Below are positions 24,101 to 37,339 of a DNA stretch of 64,000 bases, piece by piece. The position numbers were made by a program, and so were the translations under genes. Source of the stretch: Heptranchias perlo. Its lineage: Eukaryota. The DNA lies in assembly GCF_035084215.1 (NCBI RefSeq), contig NC_090370.1:10914001-10978000 (forward strand), in the 5' to 3' direction. Each line of letters opens with the position of its first letter. Position 1 is the stretch's first letter. Under the pieces are notes generated by a model. The model searched no databases and had not been told where the DNA came from. It was given only the letters and a program-made list of their open reading frames with translations.

Positions 24101-26246
24101 ATGATTTAGTCTAAATCAGATGTATAATCACATAGTGATGTATAATCACACGTGGTGTCCACTGGTACCGCAGAGACTGCTGTGTGTACTGGACACTGGA
24201 AATAATATTATTTAAGTTTATACGTTTCCTTTATTTTTTGATGCTTTCATTCTTTATTAGTTGTGCCCCATCTAAAAAGAGGCACTTTTGTTTGATGACA
24301 CTGCGGCAACCCAATGACTCCTTATTAGTTTATGTAGAAAAGGCATACCATTTCTCAATAAACTGGGGTAATTTGAGTGAACAGCAGTATGAGTGTTACC
24401 AATGACACACTGACACCCACTGCCAGTATGTAAAAAGAAAAAATAAGGTCAGAAAAAGTATCACCATGTTGTCCGAGTGAGATATTATTAAACAGTGGAA
24501 ACACTTGCCCACTTTTGGCATCCAGTGTCATCGTCAATAAGCACTCCTGGGTTAGCTACAAATGGGCATCAAACCACCCCAAATAATTCAACCAGCAAAC
24601 CTGCTGAACTACCTTCAGGGTAAAGTGCTTCATAGAACTGAGGTGAAATAAAGAAAATACAACAGAGCAATTTAAAGAACTGGTGCAACTCTGCATACAA
24701 CACTAGAACACTGATGCAATACACTATATAGCTTCATATATGCTTCACTGATAAAGTCAAAGTGAAGCCGACATTTAAAAAAGGACAAATCTCAGCATCG
24801 GGCTCCCTTTATAAGCTACGGCGACTTCAACAACAACAACTTGCATTTATATAGCGCCTATAACAGAGTAAAAATGTCTCAAGGCGCTTCACAGGAGTGA
24901 TTATCAAATGACGTTTGACACCGAGCCACATAAGGAGATATCAGGACAGGTGACCGAAAGCTTGGTCAAAGAGGTAGGTTTTAAGGAGCGTCTTAAAGGA
25001 GGAGAGAGAGGTTTAGGAAGGCACGGCCGCCAATGGTGGAGCAAAGAAAATGAGTCTATTTCTGTTCAGTTTCTTGAATATTTTCATCTAACTAGTGGTA
25101 CAGATGAAGAATGTTACAGTCAAGCTGATAGTAACATGTTAAAAGGGATCCTGATACCGAGGCTCCCTTCTTTAGATGGTAGTGAGGGCAGTGCTATTAG
25201 CATATACTGACGCTGTTCACCTGTCTTTTTTTTTTAAACTGAGTTGTCTTCGCACCTCAGCAAAAAGCTTGCTTAATCCAGGTTTGCATTTCTATTTAAT
25301 TGAATTAAAAACCTGTTGGTTCTGCAAGAAACCGATACTGCGCCAAAAGAAAAAGAGATGGGTCTTCACGGAGAGCTTTTGCAGGGATTACAATTCTCGA
25401 GTTCTGCAGCATCCTCCTGTCGCTACCTGACAGGTTGGAGGAATATTTCTCGAGTTCGTCTTCCTCAATTGTCATTCTTGCACTTAATAAATCTGTTGTT
25501 GAGAACTATCAAGATTGGGGGGATTTGTAAGTGGTTCCAGCCCATCCCTCAACCTAGGCATATGATATTTAAAACACAGAATGTGAGACTAAGAATGCTC
25601 TTCATGGGGTCCGTTTATATTTTCTGTCCATACCATGATGGGAGAAGTATAGATTTTTTTTAAAAGTGCTTTTTTTCAAATTCAAACTTCGCTCTTTTAA
25701 CAGTTCCTCCCTCCCCACATTAATCTTTATCACCAGCCATCTTCACATCTTCCTCTCGACCCCCCCCCCCCAAAATGCTCTGAGACGTTCCCCCAACAGG
25801 AGGGGTGCAAGCTGTTCTGTTGCAAGGTTACAAACTATTTAAAAAAATAACCAATCATACCCAATGAGATAGGTTAACATTTTGGGTCGAGATTTTTTCT
25901 GACTAAGGATTTCCATTCAAAACATTAACATTCAGATGCCGACAGGCGTGATATGTATTTCCAGCATTTTCGATTTTTGCAATTGGTGAAAATGGCACTG
26001 TGGAGGTGGCATGGGGCGCCAACCAAATGTGCCAGCATGCCATTTTGCACCTGTGGCTTCCCCACACGGGCATTGCCATTTCCCCCCCCCCCCCCCCCCC
26101 GCCAGGATCATCAGTCTATCCCCGGGCCACTCTGCCTACAAGTATAGCGGCTGAGGTACAGGAACAAGACCAGCCTCCATACATCCCAGCATTATGTATG
26201 CTGCAACAAGGTTCGGGGGGCGAAAAACATCAAAAACTAACACAAT

Positions 26247-26488
26247 GGCCCAGAATTTGCTGGAGTGGGGCATCTCGCGGCGTGGCCCGTTAGTTAGACT
26301 TTTCGCCCGAGCTCGAAAAATGTTTGCGCCGCAAATTGCTGGAAGTGTGAGCTGATAACGGCAGCAGCTTGTGACGATTCGCAATTCATAGGGTATCTCT
26401 TCCTCGCCACAAGTTGCTGGACAATTCACACGTTGATAATGCTGAGCGCCATTAAACACGCCGTTATTTTGGCAGCAAATTCTGGGCC
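26247..26488. mobile_element. MITE, Harbinger-type (3-bp TSD)
   Basis: Perfect 16-bp TIR GGCCCAGAATTTGCTG / CAGCAAATTCTGGGCC; TSD AAT. Confidence 0.85.
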
Positions 26489-28623
26489 AATATACTTTAC
26501 AAGTGGCATTTTTTAAAATGACTGACACTTTTAAATCAAGTTGCGTTTTTGTAGTCATTAAAACGTTTTAAAAATAAATGTCATTGCTATACCAGGCACA
26601 CGATCAAAGTGGCAATGGATATCATATTATTAGTTATAAAGGCACCTGTTAATCTGCTTTAGATTTACACTTGTCAGCAGCCTTTTCCCCACTGACCGAC
26701 AGGCATTCTGGACATCACATACCCTGGATTTTATAATTAATAAATATTTCCACTCATGCTTATTTGCCTTGTGCATATTTGTCATTTGAAATATGTTTTA
26801 TATATCAAGGTTAGACACACAGGCATGTCCTTTTGAAAATGTTGTTTTTAATCATTTATATGTGTTGGAATAACAAAGTTCCACACCTCCAACAGTAGCA
26901 TTCACAATTCTAAACAAAATATGCATGGTTACCTTCTGTTGTTTTAACTGTTGTGTAATTTTATTAGCCAGTTTATTGCAATGTTGCAAATATAAGTATT
27001 ACATTATTCTCTCTCTACTTTCTTTTCTGTAGCAGAATTGGAAATGCTGCCCAAGGCGGTTTTATGGCTCAAAGCTCAATGTAAATGCACTACCTGTTGT
27101 GATACTAAGCTATGCAGACCAGGGAGGTCCCAGTTAAATCCCCAGTCTGTACTGAGTTAGCTGATCTCAGTTTGACTGCAAGTAGGGATGTTAGAATTGG
27201 TCTCAACATTCCTGAGGGAGAGAGGGAGGGAGGGAGGGAAATCAGCAAGGGTTCCTACTCCTATGATCCCTGGTGGAAAGTATGCACGGGTGGATATCGA
27301 GTGAGGACAGAATCGGGCTAATGGTGCGATACTCTCTATGGTTGAATGGCTGGCCAACACTCACTGCCTGGGCTCACAAATGGCCACTTGGGTGAGGTAC
27401 CGGAGGTCAGCCAGTGCCCGAGGAACAGTAACGCAGCATGAGTCACTGCTGAAAAAGAGGAGAAAGTTGCAGGAAGAAAGAAATGCTGCTCATCTTTTGC
27501 AAGCAGCAAGAAAAAGACCAGGTCTAAAAATAAGACTACTGCTGCATCTCTGGCACATCTCACTGATTTCTGACCAGTCTCACAGTTCTGGAAACCACCT
27601 TACTGAAGATCACAGAATTTTATAGCACAGAAGGAGGCCATTCAGCCCATCGTGCCTGTTCCTGCCCTCTGAAAGAGTTATCCAATTAGTCCCATTCCCC
27701 TGCCCTTTCCCCATAGCCCTGCAATTTTTTCCCCCTTGAAGTATTTATCTAATTCCCTTTTGAAAGTTATTTCAAAGATATCTCATTCTTTTCAAATTTA
27801 TGATTGCTGCACTAATTTTGAGCTTTGAAGTAAAAAGCCTGCCATTCTAACAATGCATTTTCCATAACTTTTAAGTGTATAAAATGTAACAGTTGCCCCT
27901 ACCCCAATTAAAACAAGAGGAGTGGGAACATGGATTGGCATACCATGCTCCAACATTTGAATGCAATTCGTTTTCAATATCAATTTGACAGTTCTACTAC
28001 TCCTAAAACAAGGCTGCAGCATCTGCAGATCCTATCCCTTAGTAACTGTCAGCGCTCTTGTCCTTGCTGATTCTATCCCTTGTACAGGGCAATCCTTTTT
28101 TCACTAACCTTATCCTGCAGACCCTAACCCCACCTGCTGATAAGGAGCTGGTCTGCAACACCTTCTGAACCTAAATCAGGAGCTTTACAGTTACTAGGTT
28201 TAACCGATATTCGCTTCTAAAGCAACGAATGAGATATTTTCTTATTTCCTATAATTGCACCTACAATTAAATCGAATTTTCTACACAAAACGCAGATACA
28301 TTTACAAAACATTAGCAAATTAAACTTCTGTGCAATACACATAACACCGCTTAAAATATGCCCTAAGTACAATGGTCTGCGTGTTTGTTTTGTTATCTTT
28401 GATTTTAACATTTGCAAACAAAAAAAATCAGCAGAATAAACATGTTTACAAAGCAAAACAGAAAAGACAAAAACGCCTGCAACAGACATCTTTAACATTG
28501 CTTTACTTTCTTGTCCCCTCAGGGGAGAATCATTGAAAAAAAATCTGATTCATGTATCCCCAGATGCAATTTGTATTATTTTTTTAAAGCAATCAGAAAA
28601 CAAGTTATATTTGCAATACATAC

Positions 28624-28850
28624 CTGATTGTAATATATATATTAATCTTTTGTTTGTTTTTAAGAATCCAGATCAAAAATAGATTTTTTTTTAAATCCCA
28701 GTGGATGATTTCAGTTGCACAGCTATGCAACAACAGTATCAGGTTTGAAACACCTGCTTAAGCTGCCGCAGATCACAGGCACTTTGCAGCCTCGCACACT
28801 GACTGACAGACTCCCAGCTTCTGGGAATCACTCTTGTCAATGTCACTGTA
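28624..28850 (-). other. nr4a1: Probable non-coding exon 1 of nr4a1 (TSS approximate)
   Basis: Directly downstream of the promoter motif cluster; strong donor CAG|GTATGT after 28624; ATG lies 2 nt inside exon 2, so an upstream non-coding exon is required. Confidence 0.6.
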
Positions 28851-29170
28851 ATGAACTATCCATTACGTCTGAGGGGGCGGGTCGGACCCGCTCCCATTGG
28901 TCAGTCCCCCGGCCCGTGGGTTGTCCATGTCTGGGAGTTGAGCCAATGGCTGGCGGTGGAATTTGGCTGGCCGGGTCGCTCGGTGACGTGCGCGGAGCTC
29001 CATTGACGCACAGGAGGTATTTTGGAGCTAAATATAGCCGCAGGTGAAACCTGTGTAATTGCTGTTTGAGTTTATGCATTCCGTGGGAAATGGGTGTCCC
29101 CACCTGCACACAAGCACGACAATAAGCTATATTTAGATCAGGCACATAACAAAACATCACCGTGACGTTT
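28850..29170 (-). promoter_or_regulatory. nr4a1: nr4a1 proximal promoter (CpG-rich; CRE/AP-1-like, MEF2, CCAAT, GC box)
   Basis: TTACGTC 28863, GGGGGCGGG 28873, ATTGG 28896, CCAAT 28943, TGACGT 28984, TGACGCA 29004, MEF2 CTAAATATAG 29028-29037 and CTATATTTAG 29127-29136, TGACGT 29163. Confidence 0.8.
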
Positions 29171-30724
29171 GTATATCTTATCTACAGTGGTAGAAAGTAA
29201 TGCAAACACCACTTTGTGGGTGGGGTGGGATTGCCTTTATTAAGACCAGGTTTTAATATCCAGTGCTGTTGGCTAAAAAGGCTACTGTCTACATAAAAGA
29301 AATAACTTGCATTTAAATCGCGCCTTTCAAAACGCTTTACAGCATTGAAGTATTGTAATGTAGGAAGCACAGCAGCCAATTTGCGCACAGCAAGGTCCTG
29401 CAAACAGCAATATGACAATGACCAGATAATCTGTTTTTTCAGTGAGGGATAAATATTGGCCAGGACACCCGGGGAGAACTCCTGTGCTCTTCTTCAAAGT
29501 AGTGCTGTGGGATCTTTTACATCCACCTGAGAAGGCAGACGGGGCCTCGGTTTAATGTCTCATCTGAAAGACGGCACCTCCGACAGTGCAGCACGCCCTA
29601 CTGCACTGGAGTGACAACCTAGATTTTGTGCTAAAGTTCCTGGAGTGCGATTTAAACCCACAACTTGTGACTCGAGAGGCGAAAGTGCTACCCACAGCTG
29701 ACACCTGAGGTTCTACTGGGAGGCAGAGGTGATGAGAAAAATAGATTTGCAATCAATGTTGGACCCTGCAACATTAGCCTCTGTACCACAGGTTTTCAAA
29801 TTATGGTCCATGGATACTAGGCCATTCCACAATGGGATCCTTTCAACTTACAGCGTCCCATATTTGTTGCATAATAAATCTTTAGGGGGTGAACACTTTC
29901 CTGTGTCGCTGCCTTACTCCAACTCACGTACTGACTGCAAGCTTTTGGATGGCTGTCTCAGACACTATACCAAGCAAACACAAGCAGCTTATCAATGCGA
30001 TTTCAGAATTTGTCGCCAAATGTTGATACATTCCTCGATCTTCATTAGGAAAGGTCAATAAAATGACCCACTGCCATCACAATTTCCAGTGAAAAACAAC
30101 CAGATAGCCGGTCAACGGTAAATACATTACATAGAATTACATTGAGTCTACTGCACAGAAACAGGTCATTCGGCCCAACAGGTCCATGCCAGGGTTTATG
30201 CTCCACGCGAGCCTCCTCCCACCCCTCTTCATCTAACCCTACCTGCATATCTTTCCATTCCTTTCTCCCTCATGTACTTATGTAGCTTCTCCTTAAATAC
30301 ATCTGTGCTATTTGCCTCAACTACTCCTCGTGGTAGCAAGTTCCATATTCTTACCAGCCTCTGGGTAAAGAAGTTTCTCCTGAATTCCCGATTGGATTTA
30401 TTAGTGACTATCTTATATTTATGACCCCCTAGTTCTGGTCTCCCCCACAAGTGGAAACATCTTCTCTACGTCAACCCAATCAAACCCTTTCACAATCTTA
30501 AAGACCTCTATCAGATCACCCCTCAGCCTTTTTCAACTTTGCGTGAATTGGGTTATATCAAGTGATGAACGTATGTTTTTCCTGCTAAGGTCCAATGAAC
30601 GCCACCTGTTTTACTGCTTGGCTGCGATACAGTTGAACTCTATACCCCCGCTCTAATAACAGACGCAGTAAACGTGTAACATGCAGTCACCTTGAGAACT
30701 GAACCAGATTTGATACTTAAAATA

Positions 30725-30815
30725 AAACGACACGTGATCTGGGGACTTCGAATCTACCCTTGCTTGTAACACTTGTTGCTGATGAGGCCTGACGTCACTC
30801 TGGTTTTTAAATAAC
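30725..30815. promoter_or_regulatory. Candidate upstream enhancer (full CRE + E-box)
   Basis: CACGTG 30731-30736; TGACGTCA 30790-30797. Confidence 0.45.
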
Positions 30816-32151
30816 TTGTCCCCCATGATAGGGCTGCAGCGCCGTCCTTGCAACCAATTCAGCCAGATTAATGCAGCAGCAGCAGCAGCTAGTGGGGCTG
30901 CAGTACATTGCACTCGTTTATTTACACAGGAATTCAGATCTACTATTCGCCACAGTCGGGGAGAGTTCCTGATCTCGGCTTGGGACGCCAGCGGTGGGGC
31001 CCGGCAGAGTTCGAAATGCTCTGTGATAGGGGAGGGGGAAACAAATTAAAAGGGCAATTTACCACGCAGCTAGTCTCACTGACCTGCTAGTAGCTGGTTG
31101 CTAAGCAGCGAAGGAGTGAGCTCAGTTTACATGCTGGCACTCTCCATCCCAATATGGGTGGGTAGCATGAAAAGACTTAAAGGGTGCCGTAACTTTTAAT
31201 TTAAAAAAAATCGTGCAGAAGGAAATCGAGTTGTTAAGGGTGAGCTTCGAAAGTCCTGTTCAGGAAGTGTGTCGGTAATGGACTATATCTTTGAACCCAT
31301 GACCATCCTGGTCTGTATGATTCAGCGGGAGTCACTGGATAGCAATTAGGAGCTTGGACCCCAGGAGTACTGAGGCCAGTTGTAGAGCCCCAACTGTTGC
31401 TGAGATCAGCTAATACAACACAGACCAGGGATCAAACCTGGGGCCTTCTGGCCTGCAAGGCTCAGTATAAGTAATCCCTTTCATGGAATCTTACAGCACA
31501 GAAGGAGGCCATTCAGCCCTTTGTGCCTGTACCGGCTCTTTGAAAGATCTATCTAATTAATCCCATTCCCCTGCTCTTTCCCCATAGCCCTGTAAATGTT
31601 TCCTTTTCAAATATTTATCCAATTCCCTTTTGAAAGTTACTATTGAATCTGTTTTCAGGCAGTGCATTCCAGATCATAACAACTCGCTGCGTAAAAAAAA
31701 TTCTCCTCATCTCCCTCTGGTTCTTTTGCCAATTATCTTAAATCTGTGTCCTCTGGTTACCGACCCTCCTGCCAGTGGAAAGAGTTTCTCCCTATTTATT
31801 CTATCAAAACCTCTCATAATTTTGAATGTGTAATATTTACAACCTAAGATACATACACACTTTTGCTTTTCAGTTTTATACACACTGCCTTCCTTTACAA
31901 TAATAAACTGGCTAACCTCTGAGTAGCACATTATAATAAGGGTACACTATCATTTTCACAAATGCGTCATCATTTAACAACCTGTATGTACATGAATAGG
32001 ACACACTAAAGCTGCTAAAATAAATGAACTCAATGATCCAATTGTTAAGGGGGCAAAGCTCCCATCAAAAAAAGTTTTTTTCTCCAAACCTTTTCTCACT
32101 TGTTTTCAAACACATGGGTAATGATACAGATTATGAAACAAATGATATATG

Positions 32152-32550
32152 GCCCCACTCCAGAGACTCGAGCACATAACCCAGGCTGACACTTCAGTGC
32201 AGTACTGAGGGAGTGCTGCACTGTCGGAGGTGCCGCCTTTTGGATGAGACGTTAAACCGAGACCCCCATCACCTCTCTCAGCTGGACGTCAAGGATCCCA
32301 TGGCACTATTTCGAAGAAGAGCAGGGGAGTTCTCCTTGGTGTCCTGGCCAATATTTATGCCTCAACCAACATCACTAAAACAGATTATCTGGTCATTATC
32401 ACATTGCTGTTTGTGGGATCTTGCTGTGCGCAAATTGGCAGCCACGTTTCCTACATTACAACAGTGATGACACTTCAAAAGTATTTCAATGGTTGTGGAG
32501 CACTTTGGGACGTCCTGAGGACATAAAAAATGCTATAGAAATGCACATTC
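32152..32550 (+). mobile_element. Deu-type SINE (SacSINE1/AmnSINE1-like); other copies ~12100-12490(+), 17790-18110(+), 23218-23345(-), 29303-29705(-), 33790-34050(-), 44028-44480(+), 53452-54514(-), 55718-55825(+), 56232-56625(-)
   Basis: Shared GGAGGTGCCG..TTT.GGATGAGACGTTAAACCGAG, GATCCCATGGCACTATTTCGAAGAAGAGCAGG and tail GCTATA.AAATGCA; family name from memory. Confidence 0.8.
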
Positions 32551-34163
32551 TTTCCTTTTTCTATCATCATGTCACTTACAACACCACCGTGGCAAAAGTG
32601 ACCCATAGTTCTTCTGAGACAGGCTAATGAACAGTCTCCACCCAAAACATGTTAACCGGTCTTTTCCCTTTACAGATGTTCACTGACCTGCTGTGTATTT
32701 CCAGTGTTTCCTGTTTTCATTACTGACATCTAACACCTTGGTAAACACAATATAATCACCCCTCCCCACATAAAAATTGTACGGATGTAAAAGAAGTAAA
32801 AGATTTTATGTTAAACGAAAATACTGTCTGCTGCTGTTGATTAATTTTAGCACAAAAAGCAACTTTGAATTAACAGCGGTGGGCTGTATATTCTTAGTTT
32901 CTTCAACAGACCAGCTGTTACATTTGAGACATGTCTGCTATTAGGATTAGGGGGAAAAAAATGAAGGTATACCATTCACATACCTTGTAGGCAGATTGTA
33001 AACTTGGTACTAATACAATTGTTGCCCCTGACAATGCGTGAGGCCACAGTTAACACCAGATGGACCTTACTGTGGTCTGGCTCTAGTCCCATATTTTGCT
33101 GGCAAAGTTTACTTTCCACCAGTGGCTGGCTGCCATATTTCCATTTGTAAATAATGTTGGTGCATAATTAATGTTGTCTTTATTGCTGTCTTATCTATCA
33201 AGTGTTTCTAACATTAAATAATATAGATCTTTTTGCAGTTAAAGAGAGAAATTTATTTTTATCTCCTCCTCTTAAAATCAGAAATGGCACTGTGCAATAT
33301 TACACTGAATGCATTCATCTGAGACTATTTTCTCTGCTATTTTTATTGGAGTTATTAACCCAGGTTAATGCCGCTACCATTGAATTAGTGGACAAAGTCA
33401 TTTCAAATGAATGCATTAAGTATTCCAAGATCATTTCTAGGTTTTATGAGGGTTAAGCTCGACATAGGAAGATTGACTTTTTAGAAAAGGGAATGATTGT
33501 TAATCCAGTATCCATACTATCCCTGTATGATTAGCCAAATAAAGCCTAGATAGGTGGGATGGACATTGGTGTTTCCCCTCTGGGAACTGGGTTCAGCACC
33601 CAGCCCAGACTAATAGGGTAACAGTCTCTCCTGTCTGCTGGCTATAAGGATCCTATGTAGGATCAGTTTAGGTAGAATCAGTTGGCTTGCCCCATCTTTG
33701 CCAGTTTTGTATTAGGATTAGTATTGTCAATATGTTGGTCAAGTCTCACTGGCTTCTTTCCCTTTTCAGTGGAATGATGGATTGGTTTTTGGCCTTTCTG
33801 ACGAGGGATATTGGCCATCCACAATTGCCAGGAGAACAAAGGAACAATAGCACACATGGGATCTTTCACGCACACCTGTGCATGCAGGTGGAGCCTGGGT
33901 TTAACACCTTATTCAAAAGATGCCATCTCCAACAATAGAGCATTTCCTCACTGAAGTGTCAGCCTAGATTATATGCTCAAGTCCTGAAGTGGGGCTTGAA
34001 CCCACTGCCTTCTAAATCAGAGGTGAGAGTGCTACCAACTGAACCAGTCTGATGTTAACCAAAAATGACTGGCACCTCGGAGTTTGAACAGAGCATATTT
34101 TACTATATTTTTCATTTACAGTAATCTTAAGAGTTGCACAAGGAACTGGACTATTAAATCGTG

Positions 34164-34346
34164 CGCCAGAAAATTCTGCATGGGTTCTTCCGTTCTCCCA
34201 CTGTAACTTTTGGTAGAAGAACAATGGAAACCCCAGAGAAATCGTGACTAAAAATGGCCAATTCCAGTGTTTCTCCAGGGTTTCTGCCAATCTTCTGCCG
34301 AAGTTATGGCGGGGGAATCGGGAGAACCCCTGTGGAAATTCTTCCC
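34164..34346. mobile_element. Degenerate palindromic MITE (half copy also at ~61826-61902)
   Basis: Imperfect inverted arms; gtttctgccaatctt...ggagaacccctg shared with 61826-61902. Confidence 0.55.
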
Positions 34347-34502
34347 GACGATGTTCATATTACTTGCTTATATTCAATGCTAAAAATGATCCAAGTGTCT
34401 TTGTTTGGTTGGTGGCGGTGGTAAGTGATAGTTCCTGGTTACATGTACACTGCCCTGATCCCCAGAGAGCCCACAATTCTCCGCCTCTAATCTGGAAGGC
34501 CT

Positions 34503-34756
34503 GAGGTAGATTTTTGTCCTTCCTTTTCCTGGGCATCAGGCAGTTAGGCGGAGTGCAGACAGGAAAATCAAGTGAGGAGGATCGCATGCCCCTTTAAGAT
34601 CGCATGCCACCTTATTTTCTTTCCCATTCGTTTCAACGGAAGAAAAATCGCTGGGTTCCATTACTGACGTGCTATCCTCCCGTCACATTTTCCCGTCAGC
34701 GCTCCCCCCCGGGCGATGATTAATGCCCAGGCGGTAAGGACGAAAATCTGCCCCCC
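34503..34756. mobile_element. Palindromic MITE
   Basis: GAGGTAGATTTTTGTCCTT..CCTGGGCAT vs ATGCCCAGG..AAGGACGAAAATCTGCCCC. Confidence 0.65.
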
Positions 34757-34953
34757 AGATTAGGAAACGAAATTTGTTTGAAACCCTTGGCACACTGATA
34801 TCGTCCAAGGGCTTCGCACAGTAAATCATAGTAACTCACCTAGCTACATGATCACTTACTGACATCCAGGATGTGCTGAAGATTGGGCACATGTTTGTCA
34901 TTACATGTTTTCCTTCAACTTGCAACATATCTAGACTACTTCTCTGCTTGCAG

Positions 34954-35050
34954 GACACACACTACAAGGGAGCGGACCTGAACGAGAGAAGGGCGTCAGA
35001 AATTACAAGTCCTTGATTGCCTTGGAGGAAGCCACCCTGGACATTCTTGC
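34954..35050 (+). pseudogene. Second Harbinger Myb exon-2-like remnant
   Basis: ctgcttgcag| then HTTRERT*TREGRQKLQVL/IALEEATLDIL with a frameshift. Confidence 0.35.
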
Positions 35051-35925
35051 ATTTAGAGCATGGAGGGAGTATGAGAAGGTGAAGCCATGAGTCTCCTCCA
35101 AATGCATGTTTAGTTCTATTCTGCTTTTATGCCTCACTCATTCCTGCACAGGCATACGCACAACCACATAAACATCACACACAGTATCGTGCAATTCGAG
35201 ACCTGCTCGAGGGTGTCTCTTGAAGGTAAGCTACAGTGCACTGGTGAGCAGGAGCTAGCGGTAGTGATAAAAGAGGAGCAGGGACCTGTTGCCTGGATGG
35301 CCATATAGCTGCCATCGAAGACCCCTTGTGCTTTGAGAAATCTTGCAGTGAGGTAACATTGGAGAGCCATGTCATTCTCCTGTTGCTATTCAGTAAGAAA
35401 GAAATTAAATTGTTGTCCACACTGACCGATGCAACAGTCACCTGTTAGATACAAGTGTGGGTTGCAGATTGGCTGATACTGCAGATGATCCCTATGCTCA
35501 GCTGGAAGGAGTTGGGTGCAGAAAAGTTGAGGACGGTGGCGACCTTGGCTACCACTGACAGTGCCATCCCTACAGTGTAGGATGGCTACAGGCCTCCTTG
35601 CAGCAAATGGTACAGCCCCGCAGCTGGCTCCCTGCGGATCAGAGTTTACGGAGGCAGTTGTCCTCAGTCATTGTTTGGTAGGCGTGCCCAGGTCAGTGGA
35701 CAAGATTGGTGGTGGCATAATGGCAGATGCAAACAGTCCAGCTCTGGTGCCTGCTGATCTCAATGGCATGCCTTCTTTCATCTTGTACCATTCCAACCAT
35801 TAAACTGTGCATTTGGGGCACTTTAAAACCAACTCCCATTATTAATTTTGACTTGATTTGATGACCAACATAGGACTGTAGCTTGCACTTAGATGTTTTG
35901 TGTTCTTTCAGTACATCGTGGACTT

Positions 35926-36262
35926 TTACTTGGAGCTGGTGTACTTTGGTCACCGCCTTTGTCAACTTCCGCATGGCGGTCTGGATCTCCCAGGAGCTGA
36001 TGGTCAAGTGCTTGTTGTAATGGGCCAGACGTGAAGCCTCACTCGCAATGCGTGCGAAAATATCGTTCACAAAGGCGTTCGTGATGCTCATGGCCTTGGA
36101 GGAGATGCTGGTGTCGGGGTGAACCTGCTTCATCACCTTGTAGATGTAGATGGAGTAACTCTCCTTCCTCGACCTTCTCTGCTTCTTGCCGCCATTTACT
36201 GCCGCTTTATTCCCAGCCTTCTTGACGCCCTTCTTGGGAGCTGCTTTCTTCTCCTCGGACAT
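35926..36262 (-). pseudogene. Histone H2B orphan pseudogene
   Basis: [12 protein letters not shown]...[20 protein letters not shown]...ASRLAHYNK...EIQTA; most of LLLPGELAKHAVSEG deleted; +1 frameshift before YTSSK*; substitutions at conserved residues; no 3' stem-loop seen. Confidence 0.92.
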
Positions 36263-37339
36263 TTTCAGACACAGAAATCGTCACTTCTTGACCTCCTGTG
36301 AACGTTTGCATTGTAAGAACCCCTTTTTTTTTGTCCCCTCTTTTATTTATTAACCTTTGCCTGTCAACCGAGGAAATGCTTCAGTTAAAGTCAGCTTTCT
36401 GGTGATTTTGCTCTTTTTATTTCAATCTAAACATTGCCCACATGATCAGCTACAAAAAGAAAATCAAGAAATAAAGTATAAAATAAAAAAACCCGAGAAC
36501 TTTTTTTTTAAAAGCACAAAAATAAAAAGAATAAAATCAGCACTAAAAAACGGTCACGGATAAATGAAAATAAAAACAAACATTAAAAAGTCAAACATTA
36601 AAGAGCTCCGTTGCACATGGAACTTTACATAATGCTCACTCCAGATGGGCAAGCAGTGTGTCTCATTTCCATAGATTTAAGGTGATTCAAATATTTAAAT
36701 TAAGCTCTCGCTATTTAAATGCAAGTTCTTGTGGTTCTTATTTCATTAAAATTTAGGGAGTTTTGTGATAAACTTCATCTTAAAGAAGTGTTGTGCCTGA
36801 ATTACTCACCATGTTTAGAATGTTTGTCTTAAAATGAGTGTACCGGCTCTGTGAGTCACCCAGTGTCAGATCCTCACACTATTTATTATCCCCTGGGTAA
36901 AAGTATCTGGGCGGTACACAGGGTGGGGAGGGGGTGGTGAGAGAGCAGATGACACAGGGGGTGGTATGGAGGCGGTTAGGACAGAGGAATATGGGGCAGG
37001 ATCTCCTGTAACACCTTGTCCTTGATGTCCTCTTCCTCAACGTCATCATCATCATTGGCAGCATCATCATAACTCACCAAAAAAAAGATTTTTTTTCACT
37101 CCTGCTCCTCCTCCACCTCATCGTCATCATCATTTTTTGCTCCCCTCTAGTCCCTCCGCTCCTCCCACCCAGCTGTGACTGAATCACAGGACAGGAGGAC
37201 AAACTAAGAATGGGTGAGACTACGTCCCTTGGAATTAAGGAGACAGAGAAGGGTATGGAAGCTTCTGGCTGTCTGCTGACTCACGGTGCAGCCATGGCGA
37301 CTGTGTAGGTGTGCGCCTGCTAACCCACAGCCTACACTG

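Noticed and set aside
35693..35925. Long C-terminal extension of the 189-aa H2B ORF as a novel histone variant
   Set aside because: Produced by a +1 frameshift; the original YTSSK* is visible in the other frame and the histone fold is deleted.
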